Positions 11,974 to 24,776 of a stretch of DNA of 64,000 nt are shown here, one piece after another. The notes below the pieces were generated by a model, which was given only the letters and a program-made list of their open reading frames with translations, was not told the origin of the DNA and searched no databases. Position numbers and translations under genes: made by a program. This stretch comes from Eukaryota sp. GEM-RC1 (taxonomy: Eukaryota): contig JAUFOQ010000006.1 of assembly GCA_040285855.1 (NCBI GenBank), positions 620,001 to 684,000 on the forward strand. The letters are read 5' to 3'. Positions within the stretch are counted from its first letter, which is position 1, and each line of letters opens with the position of its first letter.

Positions 11974-14900
11974 CTATTTCTTACTTTTTCCCTTACTTTT
12001 ACTTTTGGATTTTGATTTCTTTTTGGATTGCTTTGGTCTATTTCTTCCTTTAGATCTCATGGAATGAACGGCAGAGTTGTCAGTACTTGGTAATTCTACT
12101 TCAAGATTCTCAATAGGCTCTATTACTATCGAAGGCTTTTCCTTTCTTGGAGAAATAACATCAGCAAATTTGTCAAGAATCGACCGTCGCCATGGAGATT
12201 TAGTCGGTGAAAGAATTGAATGTGCGACACCGTCATCGTTGATCTCACGTAATTCTGATTGGTAGTCATTGGGCTCCATTTCAACTTCGATTGATTTGGA
12301 AAGAGAATCTGGAGTACAGTTTGAAACATCGTGATGACAGTCGTTAGTGACGTTTACATGGTCTAAATCAAGTTGAGGAGAGACATGAATATCTTGGTCA
12401 GCCGTTTCATCGTAATGTTCAACAGATTCATCTACAACAACTTCTTGTTCAACTTCCATTTGTTTACTTGTAGAAGTTTCAGAAACTTCAACAGATTCTT
12501 CACCAGTAATAAGCAGTTCTTGTTCAAATGGATAAGCACAAGTTTCCGCTTTAAGTAAAGACCTTCTAGACTGAACAGAACCTGGATTTGACACTAAATA
12601 AGCACCTATCGTTGGAGAATCTGTGTGTCGAATCACATCATCTCTTTCCTCATCTTGATTTTGTTCTGCTGTTTCCAGTATCAGAATGTTCAAAAGATTC
12701 ATCTACAACAATTTCTTGTTCAACTTCCATTTGTTTACTTGTAGAAGTTTCAGAAACTTCAACAGATTCTTCACCAGTAAAAAGTAATTCTTGTTCAAAT
12801 GGATAAGCACAATTATCCGCTTTAAGTAAAGACTTTCTAGACTGAACAGAACCTGGATTTGACACTAAATAAGCACCTATCGTTGGAGAATCTGTGTGTC
12901 GAATCACATCATCTCTTTCCTCATCTTGATTTTGTTCTGCTGTTTCAGTATCAGAATGTTCAGAATGTTCAAAAGATTCATCTACAACAACTTCTTGTTC
13001 AACTTCCATTTGTTTACTTGTAGAAGTTTCAGAAACTTCAACAGATTCTTCACCAGTAAAAAGTAATTCTTGTTCAAATGGATAAGCACAAGTTTCCGCT
13101 TTAAGTAAAGACCTTCTAGACTGAACAGAACCTGGATTTGACACTAAATAAGCACCTATCGTTGGAGAATCTGTGTGTCGAATCACATCATCTCTTTCCT
13201 CATCTTGATTTTGTTCTGCTGTTTCAGTATCAGAATGTTCAAAAGATTCATCTACAACAATTTCTTGTTCAACTTCCATTTGTTTACTTGTAGAAGTTTC
13301 AGAAACTTCAACAGATTCTTCACCAGTAAAAAGTAATTCTTGTTCAAATGGATAAGCACAATTATCCGCTTTAAGTAAAGACTTTCTAGACTGAACAGAA
13401 CCTGGATTTGACACTAAATAAGCACCTATCGTTGGAGAATCTGTGTGTCGAATCACATCATCTCTTTCCTCATCTTGATTTTGTTCTGCTGTTTCCAGTA
13501 TCAGAATGTTCAGAATGTTCAAAAGATTCATCTACAACAACTTCTTGTTCAACTTCCATTTGTTTACTTGTAGAAGTTTCAGAAACTTCAACAGATTCTT
13601 CACCAGTAAAAAGTAATTCTTGTTCAAATGGATAAGCACAATTATCCGCTTTAAGTAAGAACTTTCTAGACTGAACAGAACCTGGATTCGAAACTAAATA
13701 AGAACCTACTGCAGGAGAATTGTTGGGTGTAATCACATGATCACTTTCCTCGTCACCATCAGACATACCTTCCAAATCATTGACAGTCAACTGATTTGGT
13801 CCTGTATTGGAGCTAAATAATGACGAATATCCAAATCTGAAGATCCCTTGTATTGTTCCACTTTTGAGCAAGTAGAGAAAAGATGTAACTTATTAGGGTT
13901 GGATGAATGTGACGCTAACGGCTCAAAATCATCGTCAGAACAGGAAGGAGAACAATCAACAGGAAACTCATTGATCAGCCTGCCAAAAATGATTGAGCAG
14001 TGCTCATCAAGATCAAATTTAATTTCGTTGAAACGTTTGATACAAGTACAGAGTAAACGAGCAGTTGAAAAGACAACATTTGAAGCAGAAACATTAAATC
14101 TTTCCGACACATCGGTATAAAAGGAATGAAGGCTCAATATAAACGCTAAGAAAACTTCAGCATTGGTAGAGTCAAGTTCAGAAAACACAGGATGATTGTA
14201 AATACCTTCAGCTTTTAAAATAATTAAATTTGGTTTCATTTCAGTAAGAGGGCCATCTAAATCTAGTAAGTAATCAAATGTGTTATTGGCAAGTCCGAAT
14301 TTGTTATCGTGACTGATTGTTGCTAGCACGTGGACAACTGTTTCCAAAAAGTATAATCCATGAGAAGAATTTTCCTTGACTAGCCAAGACCCAATCAAAA
14401 ATAGAGACTCTGGAGAAAAAGAGTTGGAAAAATTTAAATTTGGTAAAGAACACTTGTTGTTAGCAAGACAAGTTTCCATCCAAAGAGAAAAATCGTCTTT
14501 TGAGCCAAGTAATTCTTTTGATCAATAGCTAGCAAGCAAATAACAGAATGAATTAAGGACAAATTTGAAATATTGTTAGGCTTTACTAATCCACAGTTTA
14601 ATAACTGACTACCAGAATCAAATATTGACCTGATTGTGTCGTGATTGGAAACTAGTTCGAAATGATTTTTGACGATATCTGAAACATGTGATACGGTTTC
14701 TCGAGTAAAATTGAGAATATTTGAAAAATGTGGAATACTGTATTGAAGTACAGCACTGGTGAAACTCAATTGCGACACAGTGAAAAGGTCTCTGAAAGTC
14801 AAACAACAATCAGAAAATGATTGCAAAATCGATGAGATTGGATAACTTCTAGAAGGCATAAGTGAAAACTTATCAAGATACTGAAGAGCTTTACTTGATG

Positions 14901-15957
14901 AAAACAAAATTCGAATGGCTTTAGGAGAACTGAAAGCTAAAAATTTCAAATTGATCCATTCAAAATCTTTCAAATCACTTGAATATTGAACTAAAAGAAA
15001 AGAAGTTATTGACAGAAGTCTAGAGACAATAATAGTTGGAGTTGGTAATAAAATAGAAGTTGAGTGAGATTTTGGATTTTCAATACCGAATTTCCAAAAA
15101 TCTTGAACAGTGAATTCAGCATTAGTAAGTTGCAAGAAAATAGAAGCAAATAATGATGGACAAATCAAACTGGATAGTTCATCACTGCAAACAAGAAATG
15201 ACGTCAACACCAAAAGACTTGCCTTGACTGAAAAAAGTTGGAGATATAAATTAATGAGAGCGTAATTGTGTTCAGAAAGGAACAATCTATTAGCTTCTAC
15301 ATAACTTTTAGAATTTTCAAGTATTGAGAGAAAGAAACTAATGACTTCTTCATGAGTGGAACGATCGTAAGTTTCAGATACGAGAGCTCTGAAAGCAAAC
15401 TCAAAAGAAGAGGAAAGCCATAACATGAAGTAGTTGAAAGAGTGAGATGCATAAGTATTGCTATTGAGAAGAGCATCGGATATGAGATAAGAAAGAGTTT
15501 TCCAAGGTTGTGGATTTCTAACAGCTCTGAGGACTGCTATACTATGAGAAAGAGATGAAAAGAAGCCGAAATGATTGAACTGGGTAAGTTGGGATTCAAA
15601 CAGAAGCAACCAACCTGAAATGGACGAATGATGGAGAGAGAGGAAGTGTTGAAGAGAAGCATCGTATGAGATCGATGATCCACAAACATTAAGTTGTTTC
15701 GATTTTAGCAAAGTAAAGATCTTGGGAGCGGCAGGGAGAAAAAGAAGGAGTGAGAACCAGTGATTGAGGTCCTGGTCGAAGGTTAACTGTTCTTTATCCG
15801 ATAGACTGTTATCTTGCCACCGATTGAGCATGTTGTTGATGAGGTCAACAACAAGGTTAATTTGTTCTTCGCTGGGAATATCTGAGGTATTAAAATGATT
15901 CCTCATAGCATGTAGCTGAGCAGAAACAGGAGTCATGAGTACTGGCATCGTAGTCAT
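11974..15957 (-). CDS. Large protein of unknown function: helical N-terminus, acidic ~90-aa repeats, Lys/Ser tail; paralogue of 19048-24776; several frameshifts
   Basis: ORFs 14434-15957, 13787-14479, 13470-13871, 12650-13531 and 11974-12702 are colinear with, and highly similar to, the plus-strand paralogue. Confidence 0.75.
12420..13700 (-). repeat. Coding tandem repeat, ~270-279 bp unit, ~4.5 copies
   Basis: Anchor TCATCTTGATTTTGTTCTGC recurs at ~12650, 12921, 13200 and 13470. Confidence 0.9.
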
Positions 15958-16136
15958 GTTTCAGATAATTCTAGTGCAAAACAGAAATGAGTGGAGGGAA
16001 ATTTAAAATGTACAATATAGAAACTCAATTAAAGATACAGGGTTGTACCATTGAACTTGAACGAAAACCAAAATATTAAAATACATACAAGGTTTTATCT
16101 ACAGTTAAAATAGTAAGGAAAAATATATATATAAAC

Positions 16137-16332
16137 TTTATTCGGCACCCAATAAGGTAACCTTCCTACAAAACTATGAAATTGTAAAAAAAAAAAACAA
16201 TACTAAGATTAAAACCAAACGACTTCATCACCACCCGGTAAAAGATTACGTTTATCAACATTAACCTTCACACCAAACTTGTACAATTTCTCAATTAATC
16301 TAGAGAAATAGAAAGGCATATTCCGATATATG
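16137..16332 (-). mobile_element. Second copy of the 5'-truncated non-LTR retrotransposon 3' end
   Basis: Near-identical to 10108-10305. Confidence 0.75.
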
Positions 16333-17170
16333 GAAAACACTATACGGTTTTTCCATTCAGCCATTCTAAACTTACGCTTCTTTAAAAAGTAAGGAAAAGA
16401 GAAAATCGAAAGATTTAATATTACAGTGTACTGTAATTAATTTAATTTACAGTACAGTACCATGTTCATAAACAATCAGATTACTAAAAAAACGATCTTG
16501 ATGTTTGCTCTGTCTGCATAAACTCTCTCCAAGCGAATTTCGAATCTGTATTTTTTTACTTTGTCGTACCAAGAACCAGTCAATCTACGATTTTTGTAAT
16601 AGCCAACTTCTGCTACTCGACTCTGAAATGCTTATTGCAAAAAGACAGCTGGTTCCATTGAAGTAGTCATTGTTTACCCTGACTCAAATATCAATAGTTG
16701 CTCATTCAGTAACGTCAAATTACTGGATATTGATTTATTTGAGTTCTTATGAAGAAGAATTGGTGATTTTTGGATATAACACATTTTGTTCTCTTTTTAC
16801 TGACATTTTTTTAACGAACAAATTATCGAACAGCCAATTTGCCAACACTGAAGTGTATTACGGTATAAAAGCTATAGATAGGCAGTCAAGCCAAACATTA
16901 TTGGGTAAAAGAATGATTTTGGAGCAATTTTCTCAAAACAAAGTTCTGGGATCCTTACTGTCAAAGACTCAATTCTTTCAAAAGTAATCTGAGTTTTTTA
17001 CAAAAAACACATGGTCTTTTTGTGAGTTTTTTGCAGTGTTTTAGAAAATAGGCTGTGTCGACGTTCAATACATGTCCACGCGTCTCTTCGGACACATGTA
17101 CACGAAGCTTTGTAATAAAAAAACGCTTCTGATGATCTAGAAGCACAATTAAAACAGAAAAGTGATCAAA

Positions 17171-18478
17171 ATGACTTTTGGCCTGATGACTGCCCAATCT
17201 CACTTTCAAAACATTCCTCAAGGCGCCCCTGACAAAATCCTCAGCTTAGTTTTTCAATACCTGGCTTGCAATGAACCCAACAAGATTAATGTGTCAATCG
17301 GTGCCTTCCGTGATGACAACGGAAAACCAGTTGTTCTTGATGTTGTACGTGAAGCAGAACAGGACCTTGTTGAAGCCAAGCATTTCTTTGAGTACTCCCC
17401 CATCGATGGAAGTATGATCTACTGGTCTAATTAACTCCAGCTCCCGCTTTCCAAAAGCTTTCTGCTGAATTGCTTTTTGGTCTTGAATGTCCCTTAATGA
17501 AAGCAAACCGTTTAGTATCTATGCAATCTGTTGCTGGTTCTGGTGCTTTGGCTGTTGGCTTCGAGTTCATCCGACAATATCTTTATGGTCGTCACATTTA
17601 CACATCAACTCCTACATGGCCTAACCAGTATGTTTATTGACCAATCTGACATGAGTATCGCTATGTTGGAAACCCGATTTCCTGCAGAAATGTTGAAGAA
17701 ATATCGTTACTTTGATACATCCACAGCATTACTTGATTTTGATGGTATGATGGAAGATCTTAGAAATGCACAGGATGGATCCGTTGTTCTCCTTCAGCCT
17801 ATTTGTCATAATCCCACCGGTGTTGATCCCACTAGAGAACAATGGAAAGAAATCTGTGAACTTTGTATCCAAAAGAACTTCATTGTCTTCCAAGATTGTG
17901 CATATCAAGGATTTGGTTCAGGAGATTTAGATGAAGACGCTTGGGCTATTCGTCACTTTGCTGAACGAGCTGCTGAGACAGGCATGGAAATCATCTGCTC
18001 TTACTCATTCTCCAAGAATATGGGTCTTTATGCCCAACGTATAGGAGCTCTTCATGTCGCTTGCTCAAAGGCTGATGTTGTTGAACCGGTTCGATCTCAA
18101 CTTAAGCGTATTGTAAGAACAATGTATTCTTCTCCTCCTGTTCAAGGAGAACGTCTTGTCGTCAATGTTTTGTCTGATGAAAGAAAGTATAAGGATTGGA
18201 AGATTCAATTGAAACAAATGACTGATCGAATTTTACACACCAGAAAAGCTCTTTATGATGGACTCATTGCCAACGAAACTCCTGGAAGTTGGGAACATGT
18301 CATTAAACAGTGTGGAATGTTCAGTTATACGGGTTTAACTGCTGAGCAATCAGCCAAGATGAAGAACGAAAGATTTGTGTTCTTGACGGAAGACGGACGA
18401 ATTTCCATTGCTGGAATTAATCCATCTAATGTAAACTACATGGCCGATTCCATTAAGGCTGTTGTTTCTGAGAACTAA
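17171..18478 (+). CDS. GOT: Aspartate aminotransferase (class I PLP); exons 17171-17411, 17441-17627, 17656-18478
   Basis: Motifs GAFRDDNGKP, YSPIDG, PTWPNH, CHNPTG, DCAYQGF, SFSKNMGLY (PLP lysine) and GRISIAG; splicing two short introns gives one continuous ORF. Confidence 0.95.
17412..17440 (+). other. 29-nt spliceosomal intron
   Basis: GTATGA...TTAACTCCAG; removal restores YSPIDGTPAFQKLSAELLFG. Confidence 0.9.
17628..17655 (+). other. 28-nt spliceosomal intron
   Basis: GTATGT...CTGACATGAG; removal restores PTWPNH and the frame of the last exon. Confidence 0.9.
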
Positions 18479-19047
18479 GAGTCCATTGTTTTTCTACAAG
18501 CGATTTGTAATATACTGTAAATCTAACTAATTCTTGTCTCAGCGTTGATACTTCCGTCAGTATAGCATTCATACATGCCTAATTACAGTAAACAACATTA
18601 TTTTGCCGTATAGAATTCAGTTCATATGAATTTCCAAATATAGAATGAGATGAAATTACGTGTTAAATTGCGCGCATTTGACATTTTGAAACAGTGCTTA
18701 AAACACTCAAGATCATGAAAGTGTGGATTTTAATTTTTGATTTGTTTAAGCAATTTACGCTGCTTCTTTAAGTTCTCCGGATGTAAAACAGTTTCACGAA
18801 AACGTGGAGTAGAAGCACTGATGAAGAAACAAATACATAGAATGTACGAGTTTTAGTTTGTAGGTGAGATTATCATATGACATCACAAAGAAGCGTAGAG
18901 AACGAAGGATTATGTTTCACTGGTATACTTGATTAATAAAAAGATGTGTTTATTGGTATATGAACATTTAGATGTACTTTTGAAATACCCAATTAAAAAT
19001 CCTTCGTCCAATTTCTACTACAGTTTCTTCTTTAGAAGAGTAGTCAC

Positions 19048-22000
19048 ATGACTGTGATGTCTCCACTTGAAACCCCCGTCTCTACGCACTTACATGCCAT
19101 GAGAAACTATCTCAATACCGCAGATATTCCCAGCGAGCAACAGATTCACCTAGTTGCTGAACTCATCAACAACATGCTAAAGCGGTGCCATGGTAACATT
19201 CTGTCCAACAAGGAAGAATTTACCTTCGACCAGGACCTCAATCACTGGTTCTCACTCCTTCTTTCCCTCAGTGTCTCTCCCAAGCTCTTTGCTTTGCTGA
19301 AAACAAAGCAATTCCAGATCTGTGGTCCCTCTGCTTCATTCAATGCTTCTCTTCAACACTTCCTCTCTCTACATCCTTCGTCCATTTCAGGTTGGTTGTT
19401 GCTGTATGAATCCCAACTTACCCAGTTCAATCATTTTGGCTTCTTTTCATCTCTTTCTCATAGTATAGCAGTCCTCAGAGCTGTTAGAAATCCACAACCT
19501 TGGAGAACTCTTTCAGATCTCATTTCCAATGCTCTTCTAAATAGCAATACTTCTGCCTCTCATTCTTTCAACTACTTCATGTTATGGCTTTCCTCTTCTT
19601 TTGAGTTTGCTTTCAGAGCTCTCGTATCTGAAACTTACGATCGTTCCACTCATGAAGAAGTCATTAGTTTCTTTCTCTCAATACTTGAAAATTCTAAAAG
19701 TTATGTAGAAGCTAATAGATTGTTCCTTTCTGAACACAATTACGCTCTCATTAATGTATATCTCCAACTTTTTTCAGTCAAGGCAAGTCTTTTGGTGTTG
19801 ACGTCATTTCTTGTCTGCAATCATGAACTATCCAGATTGATTTGTCCATCATTAGTTGCTTCTATTTTCTTGCAACTTACTAATGCTGAGTTTATTGTTC
19901 AAGATTTTTGGAAATTTGGTGTTGAAAATCCAAAATCTCATTCAACTTCAATAATATTACCACCTCCTGCTATTATTGTCTCTAGACTTCTGTCAACTAC
20001 TTCTTTTCTTTTCGTTCAATATTCAACTGATTTGAAAGATTTTGAATGGAGCAATTTGAAATTTTTAGCTTTTAGTTCTCCTAAAGCCATTCGAATTTTG
20101 TATTCATCAAGTAAAGCTCTTCAGTATCTTGATAAGTTTTCACTTATTCCTTCTAGAAGTTATCCAATCTCATCGATTTTACAATCATTTTCTGATTGTT
20201 GTTTGACTTTCAGAGACCTTTTCACTGTGTCGCAATTGAGTTTCACCAGTGCTGTACTTCAATACAGTATCCCACATTTTTCAAATATTCTCAATTTTAC
20301 TCGAGAAACCGTGTCACATGTTTCAGATATCGTCAAAAATCATTTCGAACTAGTTTCCAATCACGACACAATCAGATCAATATTTGATTCTGGTAGTCAG
20401 TTATTAAACTGTGGATTAGTAAAGCCTAACAATATTTCAAATTTGTCCTTAATTCATTCTGTTATTTGCTTGCTAGCTATTGATCAAAAGAATTTCTTGG
20501 CTCAAAAGACGATTTTTCTCTTTGGATGGAAACGTGTCTTGCTAACAACACGTGTTCTTTGCCAAATTTAAATTTTTCCAACTCTTTTTCTCCAGAGTCT
20601 CTATTTTTGATTGGGTCTTGGCTAGTCAAGGAAAATTCTTCCCATGGATTATTCTTTTTAGAGACAGTTGTCCACGTGCTAGCAACAATCAGTCACGATA
20701 ACAAATTCGGACTTGCCAATAACACATTTGATTACTTACTAGATTTAGATGGCCCTCTTACTGAAATGAAACCAAATTTAATTATTTTAAAAGCTGAAGG
20801 TATTTACAATCATCATGTGTTTTCTGAACTTGACTCTACCAATGCTGAAGTTTTCCTCGCGTTTATATTGAGCCTTCAGTCTTTTTATAACGATGTGTCT
20901 GAAAGATTTAATGTTTCTGCTTCAAATGTTGTCTTTTCAACAGCTCGTTTACTCTGTACTTGTATCAAACGTTTTAACGAAATTACATTTGATCTTGATG
21001 AACATTGTTCAATCATTTTTGATAGACTGGTCAATGAGTTCCCTGTCGATTGTTCACATTCCTGTTCTGACGATGATTTTGAGCCTATAACGTCACATTC
21101 ATCCAATCCTAATAAGTTACATCTTTTCTCTACTTGCTCAAAAGTTGAACAATTCCAGGGATCTTCTGATTTGGATATTCGTCCTTATTTAGCTCCAAAT
21201 GCAGGATCAAATCAGTTGACTGTCTATGATTTGGAAGGTATGTCTGATGATGACGAAGAAAGTGATCATGTGATTACACTCAAAGATTCTCCTGCATTAG
21301 GTTCTTATTTAGTTTCAAATCCACGTTCTGTTGAGGCTCGAAAGTCTTTTCTTAAAGCGGGAGCACAAACTTATCCACTTGAACAAGAACCAGTTAGTAC
21401 TGATGAAGAATCTGTTGAATTTTCTGAAACTTTTACAAGCAAACAAGATGAATTTGAACATGAAGTTGTTATAGATGATGAATTTCTTGAACATTCCAAC
21501 GCTGGACAAAATCAAGATGAGGAAAGAGATCACGTGATTACACTCAAAAAATCTCCTGGATTCGGTTCTTATTTAGTTTCAAATCCAGGTTCTGTTGAGT
21601 CTCGAAAGTCTTTACTTAAAGAAGAAACTTGTGTTTATCCATTTGAACAAGAACCAGTTAATACTGATGATGAATTTTTTGAAACTTCTACAAGTAAACA
21701 AGTTGAAGATGTACATGGCGAATCTTTTGAACATTCCGATTCTAAAACAGGTGAAGTTACTACTGATGATGAACAAGTTGTGCAAGAACAATTACCAGTT
21801 GAAACTGTCGTTGAAGAAGAACAATCAGTTGAAGTTACTGCTGATGATGATCAAATTACTCATGAACAATTGCCAGTTGAAACTGTCGTTGAAGAAGAAC
21901 AATCAGTTGAAGTTACTGCTGATGATGAACAAGTTGTTCAAGAAGAATTGCCAGTTGAAACTGTCGTTGAAGAAGAACAATCAGTTGAAGTTACTGCTGA

Positions 22001-24776
22001 TGATGAACAAGTTGTTCAAGAAGAATTGCCAGTTGAAACTGTCGTTGAAGAAGAACAATCAGTTGAAGTTACTGCTGATGATGAACAAGTTGTTCAAGAA
22101 GAATTGCCAGTTGAAACTGTCGTTGAAGAAGAACAATCAGTTGAAGTTACTGCTGATGATGAACAAGTTGTTCAAGAAGAATTGCCAGTTGAAACTGTCG
22201 TTGAAGAAGAACAATCAGTTGAAGTTACTGCTGATGATGAACAAGTTGTTCAAGAAGAATTGCCAGTTGAAACTGTCGTTGAAGAAGAACAATCAGTTGA
22301 AGTTACTGCTGATGATGATCAAATTACTCATGAAAAATTACCAGTTGAAACTGTCGTTGAAGAAGAACAATCAGTTGAAGTTACTGCTGATGATGATCAA
22401 ATTACTCATGAAAAATTACCAGTTGAAACTGTCGTTGAAGAAGAACAATCAGTTGAAGTTACTGCTGATGATGATCAAATTACTCATGAACAATTACCAG
22501 TTGAAACTGTCCTTGAAGAAGAACAATCAGTTGAAGTTACTGCTGATGATGAACAAGTTGTTCAAGAAGAATTGCCAGTTGAAACTGTCGTTGAAGAAGA
22601 ACAATCAGTTGAAGTTACTGCTGATGATGAACAAGTTGTTCAAGAAGAATTGCCAGTTGAAACTGTCGTTGAAGAAGAACAATCAGTTGAAGTTACTGCT
22701 GATGATGAACAAGTTGTTCAAGAAGAATTGCCAGTTGAAACTGTCGTTGAAGAAGAACAATCAGTTGAAGTTACTGCTGATGATGATCAAATTACTCATG
22801 AAAAATTACCAGTTGAAACTGTCGTTGAAGAAGAACAATCAGTTGAAGTTACTGCTGATGATGATCAAATTACTCATGAAAAATTACCAGTTGAAACTGT
22901 CGTTGAAGAAGAACAATCAGTTGAAGTTACTGCTGATGATGATCAAATTACTCATGAACAATTACCAGTTGAAACTGTCCTTGAAGAAGAACAATCAGTT
23001 GAAGTTACTGCTGATGATGAACAAGTTGTTCAAGAAGAATTGCCAGTTGAAACTGTCGTTGAAGAAGAACAATCAGTTGAAGTTACTGCTGATGATGAAC
23101 AAGTTGTTCAAGAAGAATTGCCAGTTGAAACTGTCGTTGAAGAAGAACAATCAGTTGAAGTTACTGCTGATGATGAACAAGTTGTTCAAGAAGAATTGCC
23201 AGTTGAAACTGTCGTTGAAGAAGAACAATCAGTTGAAGTTACTGCTGATGATGATCAAATTACTCATGAACAATTACCAGTTGAAACTGTCGTTGAAGAA
23301 GAACAATCAGTTGAAGTTACTGCTGATGATGAACAAGTTGTTCAAGAAGAATTGTCAGTTGAAACTGTCGTTGAAGAAGAACAATCAGTTGAAGTTACTG
23401 CTGATGATGAACAAGTTGTTCAAGAACAATTGTCAGTTGAAACTGTCGTTGAAGAAGAACAATCAGTTGAAGTTACTGCTGATGATGAACAAGTTGTTCA
23501 TGAACAATTACCAGTTGAAACTGTCGTTGAAGAAGAACAATCAGTTGAAGTTACTGCTGATGATGATCAAATTACTCATGAACAATTGTCAGTTGAAACT
23601 GTCGTTGAAGAAGAACAATCAGTTGAAGTTACTGCTGATGATGAACAAGTTGTTCAAGAACAATTGTCAGTTGAAACTGTCGTTGAAGAAGAAAAATCAG
23701 TTGAAGTTACTGCTGATGATGAAGTTGTTCAAGAAGAATTGCCAGTTGAAACTGTAGATGAAGAAGAAATATCAGTTGAAGTTACTGCTGATGATGAACA
23801 AGTTGTTCAAGAACAATTGTCAGTTGAAACTGTCGTTGAAGAAGAAATATCAGTTGAAGTTACTGCTGATGATGATCAAATTACTCATGAACAATTACCA
23901 GTTGAAACTGTCGTTGAAGAAGAACAATCAGTTGAAGTTACTGCTGATGATGAACAAGTTGTTCAAGAAGAATTGCCAGTTGAAACTGTCGTTGAAGAAG
24001 AACAATCAGTTGAAGTTACTGCTGATGATGAACAAGTTGTTCAAGAAGAATTGCCAGTTGAAACTGTCGTTGAAGAAGAACAATCAGTTGAAGTTACTGC
24101 TGATGATGAACAAGTTGTTCAAGAAGAATTGCCAGTTGAAACTGTCGTTGAAGAAGAACAATCAGTTGAAGTTACTGCTGATGATGAACAAGTTGTTCAA
24201 GAAGAATTGCCAGTTGAAACTGTCGTTGAAGAAGAACAATCAGTTGAAGTTACTGCTGATGATGAACAAGTTGTTCAAGAAGAATTGCCAGTTGAAACTG
24301 TCGTTGAAGAAGAACAATCAAATGAATCTTCTGAACATTACGATACTGAAACAGCTGTCCAATATTTTCAGGTCTCTCCTAAACCTGATTTAGACCATGT
24401 AAACGTCACTAACGACTGTCATCACGATGTTACAAACTGTACACCAGATTCTCTTTCCAAATCAATCGAAGTTGAAATGGAGCTCAATGACTACCAATCA
24501 GAATTACGTGAGATCAACGATCAAGGTGTCGCACGATTACTTCTTTCACCAACTAAATCTCCACGACGACGGTCGTTTCTTGGTAGAATTGTTGATGCCG
24601 TTTCTCCAAGAAAGGAAAAGCCTTCGATAGTAATAGAGCCTATTGAGAATCTTGAAGTAGAACCACCAAGTACTGACAACTCTGCCGTTCATTCCGCGAG
24701 ATCTAAAGGAAAGAATGGACCAAAGCAATCCAAAAAGAAATCAAAATCCAAAAGTAAAGGAAAAGGTAAGAAATAA
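19048..24776 (+). CDS. Large acidic repeat protein of unknown function (~1900 aa with one frameshift near 20515); paralogue of 11974-15957
   Basis: ORFs 19048-20571 and 20526-24776 join if one T is added to a T5 run (TIFSLWMETC); contains the 26-aa acidic repeat and a basic tail. Confidence 0.8.
21753..24320 (+). repeat. Coding minisatellite, 78-bp unit (EVTADDEQVVQEELPVETVVEEEQSV), ~33 copies
   Basis: GAAGTTACTG recurs every 78 bp (e.g. 21831, 21909). Confidence 0.97.

Noticed and set aside
21753..24320. CRISPR-like array
   Set aside because: The units are contiguous with no unique spacers and are in frame within a protein.
21595..24393. 720-aa and 211-aa K/L/N/M-rich ORFs
   Set aside because: These are alternative-frame shadows of the 78-bp coding repeat.
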